Source: Monocercomonoides exilis PA203
Lineage: Eukaryota > Protista > Preaxostyla
Direction of reading: 5' to 3'
DNA: 64,000 bases
Assembly: GCA_001643675.2 (NCBI GenBank)
Contig: LSRY02000003.1
Span: 186,001 to 250,000 of the forward strand
Positions within the stretch are counted from its first letter, which is position 1. Every line of letters begins with the position of its first letter. Shown in pieces: positions 11,870 to 25,072 of this stretch. Below the pieces are notes generated by a model, which had not been told where the DNA came from, did no database searches, and worked only from the letters and a program-made list of their open reading frames with translations. Both the position numbers and the translations under genes were made by a program.

Positions 11870-14800
11870 ATCATCTCCAACAACACATCGTTCCACTCTC
11901 ATTGAACATCCATGAATGGAAGAGGACCAAATGATGAGCTGCCTCGTGAGCATCTGTGCAGATGAGGTGTGCATCTCTGGCTGAATGTTCTTTTTCCTTT
12001 CTCCTTCTGAAACAGCAACAGTGATCCTTTCCTTGCTCCTTTATTTCCCTTTCTGTGTATCATCTCTGCTTCCTCTTTGTATGGCCACCAGCCCCTCCAC
12101 TTCATCCCCCTTCCTCTTCGCAACTCCGCCCTGCTCTGCCTCAGCCCACTTTTCAGCACGCTCATCAGATCCAACCGCGTTCTTGTCTGCCTCGCTTCGA
12201 CTGCTGCATAAACAGGCATCTTATGCATCTTTCACGCAAATTGCCAGTTAACCTCGCATTTGATTCGCACATAGCGGCAAGGCATATCCAGTTCATCGCT
12301 CAAATCATCAAAGTCAGAATTAGCTGCATCATTCAGCATGCAGTCCAATTTCCGCTCTCTTGTCAAAGATGGCGTTTGGTTTTCTTTCGCCTCTTGTTGT
12401 GCCTCGCTGGCCATTTTGTTCTCCTTCTGGTTGGTCGGCGTGCCTGTCTCAAGGTGTGGTTGTAGTATTCCTTGGATGCTGCTAAACAGATTTTTGACTT
12501 TTTCCTCTATCTTCTTCGACATTTTCTCCATTTTCCTGCATTCCCGCTCTTCTTTCTCTTTCTTCTTCTGTATTTCCTTCATTTTAAAAAGTCGAAACAG
12601 TTTTCTCTCTGATCATCAGATTCCAAAGAGTCAAACGTGATCTTCGCTTCTTCATCGTCCACCTTCCCTTTCTTATTCTGAAACTCATCTTGCATCGCCT
12701 TTGTCACTTCTTTGTTCAAATCCTTCATCCCCATCACACCAAACATCACCCCTCCTCCTTCTCCAACAACAGGTGACAACGATATCGTTAGTGCACGTTA
12801 AGCACCAATCCCCATCTCCATCTCTTAACTGTGCACAATCAACGCTCTCCTTCCAACTCCTCTCCATCCTCCGTCCATTCGCTTCCTTCGTGAAAATTGC
12901 ATCGTTCCAAAGGTGCCTCTTCCCAATGAATATTGTTTTGGTTGTGAAGAAGGTCTGGCGTTGGAGAGGAAGTTGTTGTTATGTTCTGTTAATGCTGTTT
13001 TTGCTGTGATTGCGATGAAAAAGGCTCTGGTTTTGGCTCATCGGAATGTGTTTCGTCTTTTTTCCGTTTTGAATTGTCACTTTGGTGTTCGCATTCTTTT
13101 CTGTTTCCGCTTGATTATCTTTCTTTTGATGTCTTTCAACACTTTCTTGAGCTTCGTTGTTTTCATTTCCTTTCTTTTTTATCGAAACACTTTGTTTTGT
13201 TTCAGTATCATTTGCATCATCCTCATATGCTCCTTCTTTTTCATACACATCGTTCTCCAAACTATCAGTTGATTCGTCATCTGATAGAATTCCCCCAACA
13301 TTCACCACATTCTCATGGCTCATCAGCTTCAGAATATTCTCATCATCTGCGTTGTCCTCTTCATACAACCAGGCATCCCCTGAGCTTATTCCCCACCAGT
13401 CGTCGTTGTGAAACTCTTCTTATCTTCTTCGGAGCGCTGTCAGAATCTCCCACAGCTTCTTCTCGAATATTGTCTTCTTCGTCTTCATCAATTCCCGTCA
13501 AGTTGCAAACTTTTGCTTTCTTCTTATTCTTCTTATTTTTATTTTTGGATTTTGATAAATGTTTTATTTTCTTTCCTTTTGAAACAACTGATTTGGGATT
13601 ATTCATTGAATCCTCCAAAATCACTTCTTCGTTTTCATCGTTGTTTGAATCATCATTTTCTTCTTCCTCCTCCTCATCTTTCGTGTTATCTTCATCGCCT
13701 TCAACTTCTTCCCTGTTTCCATTTTCATTCAAAGAATTCGTTGCTTCTTTCTCTTCTTTTCCATCTTCTTTGCTATCTCCGTCACTTTTTGCAGCATTTT
13801 CATTTATTTCTGGTCTTTTTATCGACTCATCAATCGGAGTTGGATAAAGCAGCAGGTTTGATTTGTCCATCAAAAGCACTTCATTCACAACAGAATCACG
13901 TTGAACCTCAAGCGCTTGGAAATATCGCTTAATCAAACACTGTTTTTCTCTCTGTTTGTGTCTCTTCGCTCTTCACTTTTCTTCATCACTGATGATGGAG
14001 CTGTCGGAAAAGCATTCACTATCTTTATTTTTCTTCAGTTCATTCATAGAAGATCTTCATCCCAGTGCCAAATTCACTATTTCTTCTGCTTTGATTATAT
14101 TTTCATTTTCTCCATCACTGCTAACTTCGTCGTTTGCATGCTTCATGCCTTCCTCATCTTTATCAGTTCTCTTATTCTTCTTTCCTCTCTTCTCTCGTTC
14201 CTTGCTTCTCTCTCTCTCTTTTTTTCGCTCTCTCTCTTTCTCTCTTCCTCTTCTCCAAATTCTCCGAATACCGCTCCACCATCCGAAACTCTGCAAACAG
14301 CGGCAGCGCCTCAAACACATCGGGAGAGAGAATAAAATATTGCCTTTTCCTTCTTCTTCCGAACTGCTGCCTCATCCTCCTCATCTTCTGCTCTTCGCCT
14401 GTCAGAAATCTGTTTCTTGAAGAGCGAAGAAACGGAGGAAGAGAAAGAGGAAGAAGAAGAAGAAGAAGAAGAAGAAGAAGAAGAAGAAGAAGAAGAAGAA
14501 GAAGAAGAAGAAGAAGAAGAAGAAGAAGAAGAAGAAGAAGAACGTGTGGCACCAGAAACAGCAGCCACTTGTGCGCAGCTGCTGAGATAGTTTTTGTGGA
14601 GGAGAGGATGCATTGTTTTAATGTGGAGCGCCATGGAAATCTCAGAACGACGGGGTGGTTTGGGGTGCAGAGAGAGATCTGTCACTACAAGAGAAGAGTG
14701 GAAAAAGATGAGGAAGAGGATAAGGAAGAATATGAAGAGGAATATAATGAAGATGATGAAGTCATTAATGATTTAAATGAATGTGTTGAAGGAGAAGAAA

Positions 14801-15380
14801 GGGAGAAGGTTCGATGTTCTTTTGGAGAAATAGAGAAAAGAAAAGAAGAGAAAGGGATGAGAACGGACGTTTGACTTTTGATGAAGCAAAATTACATTTA
14901 CACTCAGATTCACAAACAGAGTCTAAAAATGAGTTTGCGGCAAATGGAGCATTCTTACCGAGAAAGATGTTTCGTATGTCGATCAGCAAGATGCTAAATG
15001 CATAACTGTTCAAGTTCTTCCACTGGAATGAAATGATTGGTATATTTTTTGCTTTGTATTGAGTGTTTGAAGACTAACGGAATTCGCAGTGAACGAATGC
15101 ACAAGATCTTTATGTTATTCCGCTTGAAGAGATTTTGGATTTTCATAAAATTCCGTGTCTTCTGTGGGGGAAAATATCTCTTGGTTGTCTTGGGTATATT
15201 CCTCCTTTAATGCTAACTTATTTCTTTCGCTTCGAACGCAAGCCCATATCACATGTTCTTTCATTGCAACTGCAGACCATCATTGATTCGATGGTTTATT
15301 GCAATGAATAATATGACTCTTCGTTCATTGTAACTTTTTCAGGCTCCTGTGTATGTGCCTGTTCTTCTTTCTCTTCCATG
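11870..15380 (-). pseudogene. Decayed large low-complexity (acidic/Lys-rich) gene
   Basis: Chain of same-strand charged ORF fragments (12232-12582, 12979-13368, 13361-13936, 14311-14685) broken by stops and frameshifts. Coding-like GC content between AT-rich flanks. Family not recognised. Confidence 0.45.
14450..14542 (+). repeat. (GAA)~31 microsatellite (poly-Ser on the minus strand)
   Basis: Read directly from the sequence. Confidence 0.95.
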
Positions 15381-16199
15381 AAGCAGAATAACGGAGATTC
15401 TTCAAGCAATCTCAATAAAGGCTTTAAAAAAATAAATAAATACATGGCAAAATTTTTTTGAAAAGTTCCTCGACTTTAATTTTGTCCCAAAAAAGATCAC
15501 ATGTGATCAAAAAGAGTTGATCATTCCGTCCCCATTATTGTTTTATTGGTTTTATATATTGTTATTTTCTGAGCTTATTATTGAAAAGCATTTCAAAAAT
15601 CTGATGATAACATACAGAACGTTAAAAATTTAATAAAAATCGCTTTTGTTTGTTGCTTCTTTCGAGCTATTTGAATCAAATGAATTGCATGTACTTATTT
15701 CTGCATTTTCATTTCATCTATTCGAATATTCATTAAAAATTCATGGATATTATCCAAGTTTTTATTGTTTTCTTTTGCTGAAAGACAATTAATATTATCT
15801 TTGAATGAATTCAAGAATTTTTTTTAGAAATTTTTTAACAGGAAAGATTTATCAAAACAAAACTCGTTGCGTTAGAATAATATTCAAAAAGGAGGTGACA
15901 CTAAGCAATTATTAATATAATTTTGGAAAATTGTGGAATGATACAATTTTTTTTCAAAATTAATCTCCATTTGCAACAAACTCAAAAATGTTATCTCTTC
16001 AAATATTAATATTTAAACAGTTTGTATCAAACAAGTTTCTTTCATCTCAGAATGTACCTTTTCCTTCTCCATTTTTGTTTATACAGATGCATTATATAAA
16101 GATGTTCTGCTTCAATCTTTTCAAATTGAATAAAGAAAGCAGGCTTTTTCGGCTGTTCATCCATTTTGATGCAAATGTGAATGCTGTTAGTGCTTCTGG

Positions 16200-19100
16200 T
16201 TGAAATTCTGGCTGACGTGATGGGATATGTCTCATCAAGCTTCTTGTGAACGTAGAAGCATAGCAGTCGTCTCTTCGTTCAGCGCCTTCGTCTTCTTCGT
16301 CTTCAACAGGAGCAGCACGTCGATCAACTGCTCCATTTCGGAAGCGAAGAAGCAAAGATAAGAAGGCGGTGGGAAATTTGTTGTCATCGTCGGAACATGC
16401 AATCAATTTCTTCGGATGCCATTGTGGTGGTGGCGTTTTTAACTTCAACAGCATCGATGGAAAAAACGATATGCGGCTTCGAATATGATGTCGGAGGCGG
16501 CTGGGGAGAATGTGCAGCACATGCCGCTGTCGTTGCAGTTGCTGCGGGGATATGTTGTAACGCGGTGAGCTGTGCAGTATGGGGGTGTTGTGTGTGCATA
16601 CGATGTGGCGCTTTCGGCGATGCTTTCGGTTCCGCTGGTGGCTCCGCTTCCGTCGCTTGCAGCGTCGGTGGGCACGAAGTCGGGGAGCAAGCGGATTTTT
16701 GAAGAGGCAGACGCGAATGCGTTAACGTCGATCTTCGATCTGTTTGACCCGTCGCTACTGCCATCTGCGATAGCGCGGCTGGAGTCGCGATCGCCGCAGT
16801 CGAGGCGTGTGGTGGTGAAGCTGGACGACGAAGTGATGGGGCGAGGGGTTGCAGTGTGTGAAGTGGGAGAGATTGTGGAGAAAGGGTTGGATGCTGCGGG
16901 GCTGAGGATGGAAGATGTGGTTCTGTCTCCAGCAGCGATTGCGCTGGCTGTGCTGGAGGAGCGAGAAGAGGCAGAGGAAGGAGAAAAGGGAGACAAAGAG
17001 GGAGAAGAAAAGGGAGAAGAAAAGGGAGAAGAAGATGGAGGGAGAGAGGAAGGTGATGTGAATGAAGTGAAAGGTGGGTATCCGACAGCGCACAGAGAGT
17101 TTGTGGAGAGAATCAAAGAGAACCAGGGGAAGCTGGAAGAAGCAATGGCGCAGATGGTTGTGGAGGCGCTTGGGCTGAGTGGGCTGAGGTTTGTGAAGGC
17201 AGATGTGGTGGCAGACAAGAAGCATCAATTGGAGCTGAAGTGTGCAGTTCTTCTCCATCTGATGGCATCCAACAGGAGAACAGGAGAGCAGTTGAAGAAG
17301 CAGCAGATGGATCTTTGGGAATAACTTCAGATGGAAGAGGAGGAAGTTTGAGGAACAGGTGGAAATATAAGTTGATCATTTGACAATAATTGAGGAAAAA
17401 GATAAATCCGATGAAGTGATAAGTGGGAAAAAGTCGTTCGATTTATGCGGAGTGATAAGAAGAAGAGGAGGAAGAGGGAGGAAGAGGGAGGGAAAATTGA
17501 GTGCAGATAGAAGAGCGGAGTGCATTGGTTGTTCTATCTGGTTGAGGGCCGATGAGTAGTGCATTGAACCAAAAAGGCAATCAGCGAATGATGCGTGTGC
17601 GCATTGCAGATGAGCAGACTTTGGACGTGCTGGGTGAGCTGAACATGCCACTGCCTTGAAGCTGTGCAAAGATGCAGACGAAATGGTGGAGATCCAGTTG
17701 AGAAACAATGTCGAAGAGAAATTTAATTTTATAGCCGTGTGAGATCCTCATGCATCATAGGACTAAGAGTGAAGCAGGGATGAAACAGGCGATTGTGGAA
17801 GATTTGGCGGTTATGTTTTTCGTTCTTGTTGAATGGTTCGATCAAAAGCAGAGAAGAACGAGTTTGAAAGTGGTATCATCATCAGTCAGGATGAGTTGAT
17901 CCGCCTTGCGAATGTGCATTCTTTGATGAAGCAGCGACTACTGTGCTGTGGACTTTCAGCGTCGTTTGATATTGCACATGGATGATTCAGTGAAGGTGAA
18001 GTTTTCAACGGAGAAGGGAATTGAAGCTTCACGGCAGAGCAGAGAAGGAGCTGGAGCAGGTGAAGCGAAGGAGATTCTGAGCAATTGTTCGGAGACACTA
18101 TCAGTGCATGCCTTTGAGTGTGTGTTTGATGGGGCGTCTGATGCGGATTAACAGCTGATATGGGTCGGTAAGTGAATAGGGGCATAGGCGCAGAAGGCGG
18201 GGAAGCGTGTTCATTCAACACGTCAGACAAGAGGCTCGGTACAGAAAAGGAGTTTATTCAGAGAAGACAGTCGAATGCTGTATAAACAATAGGGGAATGC
18301 AGCTATGATGCTTAGTACGCCATTTCTAACCGACCACGCTTTCTCAGCGATGTTCCGATGGATGCTCCCATAGCATTGAAGATGGAAGCAGAGAATCTGC
18401 ATTACAATTTTGTTTCTTCTTCTTCGTCGTCATCGTCAATTTCTTTTTTTTTTTTTTTTAGTGTCTATTCCTTCTTCTCATCATCCTCTTCATCTCAAAT
18501 ATCTCATCTGTCACATTCCTCTTCTTCTCTCTCTTCATCAGCCACAGCACATGCATCTCTGGAAGCACCTGCTTTGAACAATATATCAAATGCGTGTGTT
18601 CTGAGGAGTTGCCCGTCGATGTGCTTGTTTTATTGGCTTTGCGGTTTTTGCGCAGCTCCATCAACCGCCTCATCTCCTGATGCGAAGAAGAAGAGCACTT
18701 GTGTGACGAATGGGACGAAGGCATCGGAGGTGGCACATCGTCAAGAAGAGTGGTGGATTTGAACAGACGAAGAGGCGAATAGAAGAAGCGCTTCTGCGAC
18801 GAGGTGTGTGAAGATAAAGAGTATGTTCCAATGAGAAGCGGTGGGGCATCAGCAGTGGAGAAGGAAAGAGGAGCAGACAGAGCTGATGAAAGAGATGAGG
18901 AGGAAGTGGTGGAGATGATAACAGACGAAGTGACTGCAGCTGGCAAGTCTGATGAGGTTGTTGGTGCTGCAACAGCAGCAGATTGTTGGAAGCTTCCTGG
19001 ATGAATCAAATGAAAAGGATGCGAGGTGGAGCTCGCATGTGCGAGTAACTGCTGCGATGTGGCTGAGGACGCGCAGGTGTGGAGAGAGTTCGTGTTCGAA

Positions 19101-20140
19101 GAGGAAGACAATGATTGAGATTGAGACTGAGACTGAGACTGAGATGAAGGCTGAGGTTGTCGGGTGAGTGCAGGGCCAGGCGAGGTGGATGTGGACATCT
19201 GCCGGATGGGCTGAGAGAAGGAAAGAAGAGCAGAGAAAGAGGAGGAAGCGAGAGATGCTGGAGAAGTCAGAGATGCCAAGGAAGAAGAAGCAAAGGAAGA
19301 TAAAGGTGGAAGGGAAGAAGAAGAAGAAGACGACGACGACGACGACGAAGAAGAAGAAGAAGAAGTTGATGACCGTGGTGACGGCGATAAAGAAGAAAGC
19401 GAAATGCTACATTGGAATTTTTGAACTTTCAAGCAGGGCGAATGCTGAAGAAAAGAAGGAAAGATGGCTGCGATCCGTTGAGGAGATATCTCTGGATGAG
19501 ATGAGTGTGTTGCAGGTGCTGATGGAACAGAGTGAAGTCGAACCGAAGAAGTGAAAGAAGAAGAAGAAGAAGAAGGAGAAGGAGAAGGAGAAGGAAAGAG
19601 AGGAAACAAGGGCTGGCGTTGAATGGCTTGGGGAAACGAATGAAGATGAAGCATATGGTTGTGAAGGAGTTTTTGAATGTTGTGATCAAAGAGTGGGGGG
19701 TGAATGAGGAAGAATGGAAGGCGAGAAAGTTTGTGGAGTGGGAGAAGATGCATGCGGTGCGGATTTATGCGTGTGATGTGGTGATGATGAACACTACAGC
19801 TTCGTTGATGTCGACAGAGGTGCTGATGCAAGCGACAGGATCGATCGCGCTGCAAAGTGGCAGTGCGAAAAGGAAATAAAGCATTGCACTGGGGTATGAT
19901 GCCACTCTTTCGTTGTTTTGCACGTTACACTTCTTGCTGAGAAAAGTGTTTGTGCTATATCAAGTGCATTTGATGATTCGGTAGTCGAATGTGTGTTGCA
20001 GCAGGGAGTGAGGGCTCATGGTGGGGTGAAAACAGAAGGGAGGGTGCTGAAAGCAGCGTGGAGAGACAGGGGATATATGTTACAGGATGGGGAGAAAGAA
20101 GTGCTGCTTGAGTTTCTGGAGAAGAAGAATCTGTAAAGAG
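16200..20140 (+). pseudogene. GC-richer, fragmented coding-like region of unknown family
   Basis: Protein-like fragments at 16572-17324, 17948-18151, 19532-19879 and 19918-20136, separated by many stops. Boundaries and number of source genes are uncertain. Confidence 0.35.
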
Positions 20141-20303
20141 CAGAAGTGGACTTGTTGATGATTTTTTGGTAGTTAAAGGAGAAAAGCGTATCTGAAATTG
20201 TGGTTTGGATCCTGTTGGATGCATGGAAGATGGTGCTGTGGCGTCAATGCATGAGACAATAATGGTGAAATGGAGGCAAGTGTGTTGGAGTTTTGCCATC
20301 TGA

Positions 20304-21160
20304 TCAATGTGCATATTTTAGTGTTTGGAATTGAAGAAGAGGAGGATGAGGATGAGGAAGAAGAAGAGATGATGATGAAGAGAGAATGAAAATGGAGCGA
20401 AGAAAAAGGGATGATGGAAGAGAGAAGATAAGTTTTGATAATTCTGTTTCAACACTTGCTGTTATCATCGATGAATTGGATGTTGCACTCGAATCAGAGA
20501 CTGTCCTGCCACTTTTCTCATCATTTCCTTTGATTTCATGCTTCTGTTCAGTGAATTCAATTTCATCACTCATCGCAATCATTCCACTCACAGTCACTTT
20601 CTTTGGCCCTGTTTGACGTGTTAGTGTGTGCTTCATTGACAAACAAGGGAATTGAGAAATTCCACAACGAGAATGATTAGATGCCTCGACGTTGCTCACA
20701 TGAATTTCTTCTGGGGCGGGAAGGAGATAGATGCACAGAGGGATTTCCAAAGTTGTATTTCCATTGTCATATCCTCGAACTTTGTCAAATGAATCCAAAG
20801 AGGCTGTCACGCATGTGATTTTTTGTGACTTCGCGGTCACTTCCAGATTTGGAGAAATGGCAAAGATATCACAGCCCCACTTGGCTGTGTTTGTGCCAAA
20901 AGAAGAGGATATGAGGAAATTTGGTTTTTCATTCAATAATCGAAGAAGGATTCCTCCCCACAGGCCATCTGTTGCTGAACAAAAGCATCCATCAAAATTA
21001 CCACTTTTCACTTTCACTTCATTTTCACTTCCTGCGAATAGCGTCATCGATCCTCCATTCTCTGAATTCACACTTCAACATCCTGATATTGCTCTCGAAT
21101 TCTGATCTTTATTTGTATTGTTATTGAAGAAACAAATGTTGGCTATCAACTGCGAACTTT
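20304..21160 (-). pseudogene. Fragment of a Pmp-like / pectin-lyase-fold repeat surface protein gene
   Basis: SENGGSM, FDGCFCS...GGI, NTAKWGCDIF and IHVSN...CG....PCLSMKH resemble the modules of the 25073-31036 protein. No start, signal peptide or TM segment. Confidence 0.6.
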
Positions 21161-24100
21161 TCAATAAAAAAAGCATGTTTGAATAATAAATTAAAAAATT
21201 ATATTTATATGTTAAAATTGAATGGAAACCACTAAATTTATCTAATTTTCAAATGCATCGTATATGTGTGTTCTATCTTCGCATTTGTGTTAAGTACAGG
21301 CTCATAATGCAAATGAAAAATTCTATTTAAATGAAATTTTGAAATAACTTGAAAATAGAGTTTTTCGTAAAAAGAATCGAAACACACTTTGTCCATTTCA
21401 TTTATGAACAATTGCAAAGTGGTTCAATTAAGTGATGCTCTTTTTCATTGAAAAATTGATAATAAAATTCTGATCAAATAAAATGATACATAATTTTTTA
21501 TTAAAGAGTATTTCTTCTCGTAAATAAGTTTGTTATGAACCAACAAACATCACTGTACAAGTTTGATTTTTTCATGAGAATGATGGAAACGGAATGATAA
21601 TAAATTAACTTCCATGGGTCAAATTTTTGATCTGATGTCTCTTTTCAAAAAAAATCACCCACATAAAAATAAAAATTAAAAAAAACCTTTCGGATGCATT
21701 GCTTTTTGAATACAACAAAAGCATCAAAACAGCTGAAAAAGCAATTTTCTGTCTTTCGTGCACTATCTGCATCGTTCCATCCTTCCAATTTTTCAACGCT
21801 AATGTAAACTCTTATTTGGAAGAGCGTCTGTTTCTCCGAGTAACATTCAACAATCGCATGTCCATTTTTTCCTGTTCCAGTTACCTTAAATTATCTTGAG
21901 AGATGGTTGTCCAAATGCATCCATTGATGATTAAATGAACGAGTTCCATTTTTTGACTTCGAATGATTGAATACCTTTGACAAGAAAAAAGATAATTTAG
22001 TAGTTTTGCGTGAAATGAAATTCAAGGCATGGTAATTAATTGGTAAGCTTTTGCTCTTTCCTGATAATAAAAAATTGTCTGATGAGAAAACAGCAAAATT
22101 CATAAAGTGAAATCTCTCAGCACTGAATTTGCTACCATATGAAGAAAAAACGAAACAGGAACGACGACTGTTCTTTATGAGAAATAAACTCAAGATTTCA
22201 ATCCATGTCGTTTCGTCTTGAAAATAAAAAAAGAAAATCGAATATTGGTGAGAAACGCAAAGATCCTTTGTGACATTCAGTTTCCTGTTGTCAGCATTAA
22301 TGGTAGAGAACAATGGATAATTTCCATTCGATTAAATTCCACTTCAGAATTGTGCAACACGAAAAAAATGCAATAATCTCTGAAAATATTTTTGGATTCC
22401 ATAATTTTACTCCTGATAAAATGATTTGATTGGATATGTAATAATAAAAACGATTTGTTAGTTATTGCTCAAATTCAAGACATCAAAAGCTGGAGATATA
22501 AAGACATTGTGTTGATACGAATTCAAGCACCATCACACTCATTATTCAACGTGGAATTTCAGAAACGAATTTAGCTTCAATTGCATTGATTTTATGAGTA
22601 TTTTTTATCAAAGAAAATGAATACAAGTGGTTGAAAGACTGATTTATTATGATCAAAAAAAAATATTTATTTCTTAAACTCTCAAAAGTGGTATTTCAAG
22701 AAATATTTTATTTTTGATAAAAAAATATATTCAAAGAGATGTTCCTCACAAAATTTGGACTTCATTAGCTATAATGTGTGATATTTTTTGATCTTTGGTG
22801 ATTTTTCAATAATTTTCTCCCATTTGGTTTCTTCAGTTATTGAATTTTAATACAGTCAAAGCCAGATACAAATACATGGGAAATAATTTTTGAAAACATA
22901 TATTATTTCAGGGTGTGCATTATATTCTGAAACACAGATATCTGCAAAAGAATAAACAAAAAGCGTTGCAAGAATAAAAATTTTTGTGCATCAAATGCAT
23001 GTTATCGGAGAAACACAGAGAACATTTTGATTTTTATTAAAAAAATTTGATTGATTTCTAGGTATTTGCGACAAGTTGTTAGATTCGAAAATTTTGATTG
23101 AAAAATTATGAATTCAAAAAGAATCACCCACATCGAATATATTAAATTAGAACTATAATTTCATTTTTCTGGTCAAGAACATTTTTTGCTTTTTTTCATT
23201 CATTTTGAATCGTACACAATCACTGGACAATAAACAAAAAATTGCTGTTTTTAATAGTGATGTGTTGTTATTGGGAAAATTCAACTTTTTGATCAGAAAT
23301 CTTATTGTTTCAATTATTTTTAATAAAAAAATACGTATAAACATATTGAAACATTTTTATTCAATGATGAAAATATCATTAACTTTTGAAAAACTAGTAT
23401 TAAAAAAAAATGTGATAAAAATAATAAAGTGAATGGAAATTTGTTATTTTTTGAAATTCACAAATACAGATTACGCAAAAAAATTCAGAACAACACAAAG
23501 AATCTTGGACAAAATATAATATTCAAAAACTGTAAAAAATGTAATCCTGAGAAAATTTCTCGAAACGTTTCTTATCTATTCTGACTCTTTTGGCACACTT
23601 GACTTCCATCACTATTTTATTTGCATCCAGTAATAAATCGTTATTGAAATTTCGAAAAAACAAAAAATATATTTTTCCCTATTCCCTTGGTAAAAAATCC
23701 GGTTGTTTTTGAGAAACCTGGTTATTTGATATTTCAAAAGTTGAGTAATTCTTTTTATAAAGTCGCTAATGCTTAATTTTCAAATAAATAAAAAATTCCA
23801 TAATTTTCTCAAAATTTTGTGAACATACATCAAACTTCACTAATATGGAATCTGTTTTATTGATAATGCTATTTCATGAATTCTTAAGAAGATTCATGAG
23901 TGGAAACAGAAATTTGAGCAAAATGTTAAATTTTTAATTTATTTGCATATTAAACAGTAGCGACTTTTCAAAAAGAATAACACATTTTCTTAAAATTAAA
24001 TCACGATCAGATGCTGTCACAGAGCGGCGTTCATACTGGTTGTGATAACACGATGAAATAGTTTTGCATTTATGAAAAAAACAATGATATGAACCAAAAT

Positions 24101-24164
24101 TTTTCTGATATCTTATAATTGTTTGTTTCATATTCTTTTAAAAAAATGATGCAATAATAAATAA

Positions 24165-24428
24165 AAAATGGATCATTGTCTTTGAAAAGTCGCAAAAGTT
24201 AGATATTTGGGTTTAGAATTATTTCATCCTATTTGATCATTATTGCAATATATCCATCAAACTTTGTCTCTGTTTAAATAAGAAAATTCAAACGTGTTTG
24301 ATGTGAGAATATGTGCATGAAAGAGAAATTTGACGGATATTATTGAGTAAAATGATAAAATTTGATTCAATTTTGTTTTTCACTCAGATATTTAACATTT
24401 GCGACTTTTGTGAAGAATGACCCATATT
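24165..24428. repeat. Degenerate inverted repeat (MITE-like); third partial copy at 23960-23988
   Basis: TGGATCATTGTCTTTGAAAAGTCGCAAAAGTTAGATATTTG pairs imperfectly with CAGATATTTAACATTTGCGACTTTTGTGAAGAATGACCCA. Confidence 0.45.
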
Positions 24429-24809
24429 GAGAAAATGATGAGAAAATTCTGTATCGAACATTATTTGCTAAACAAAAAAATTATTTTCTATTCATCGTTA
24501 AGGTTGCACAGAACTAAATTCAATAATGAATGAAATAAATTGTTATGAAAATAATATTTTAATTTCAAAACTTCTTAATAGAGTCAAATAATTAAAAATT
24601 TTTAATATTTTTATTCGTAAAGAATTGGAAAAGATTGGATTTTTTTTTTTACTCTGTAATTCATAACACAATCTTAACAATTTGATATAAATGGACAGAT
24701 TTGTTTTCTGAAAAAATCAAATGAAATAAAGAACAATTTAAACTGACAGTTAATGATTGATTGAAAAAAATGCTGACAAATATTTTTTATAATAAATTTT
24801 TTTTCGACA

Positions 24810-24843
<34 letters not shown>

Positions 24844-25072
24844 AATAATTTGACAACACAATCAACTTAGACGATTCATATCCAAAAATTTAAAAGAAAG
24901 CACTTCCGATATTAATTTAGCTTAAACTTTTAGGCTTTCAAAATATGCTTTGTCAATTATAAGAAATGAATACTGTTTGAAATGAAATAATTACGAATTA
25001 AAATATGGGGCAAGCTGATAATTTATATTTGCATTTTCCCGCATCCATATCTTTGGTGAGGTTCAATTTAAC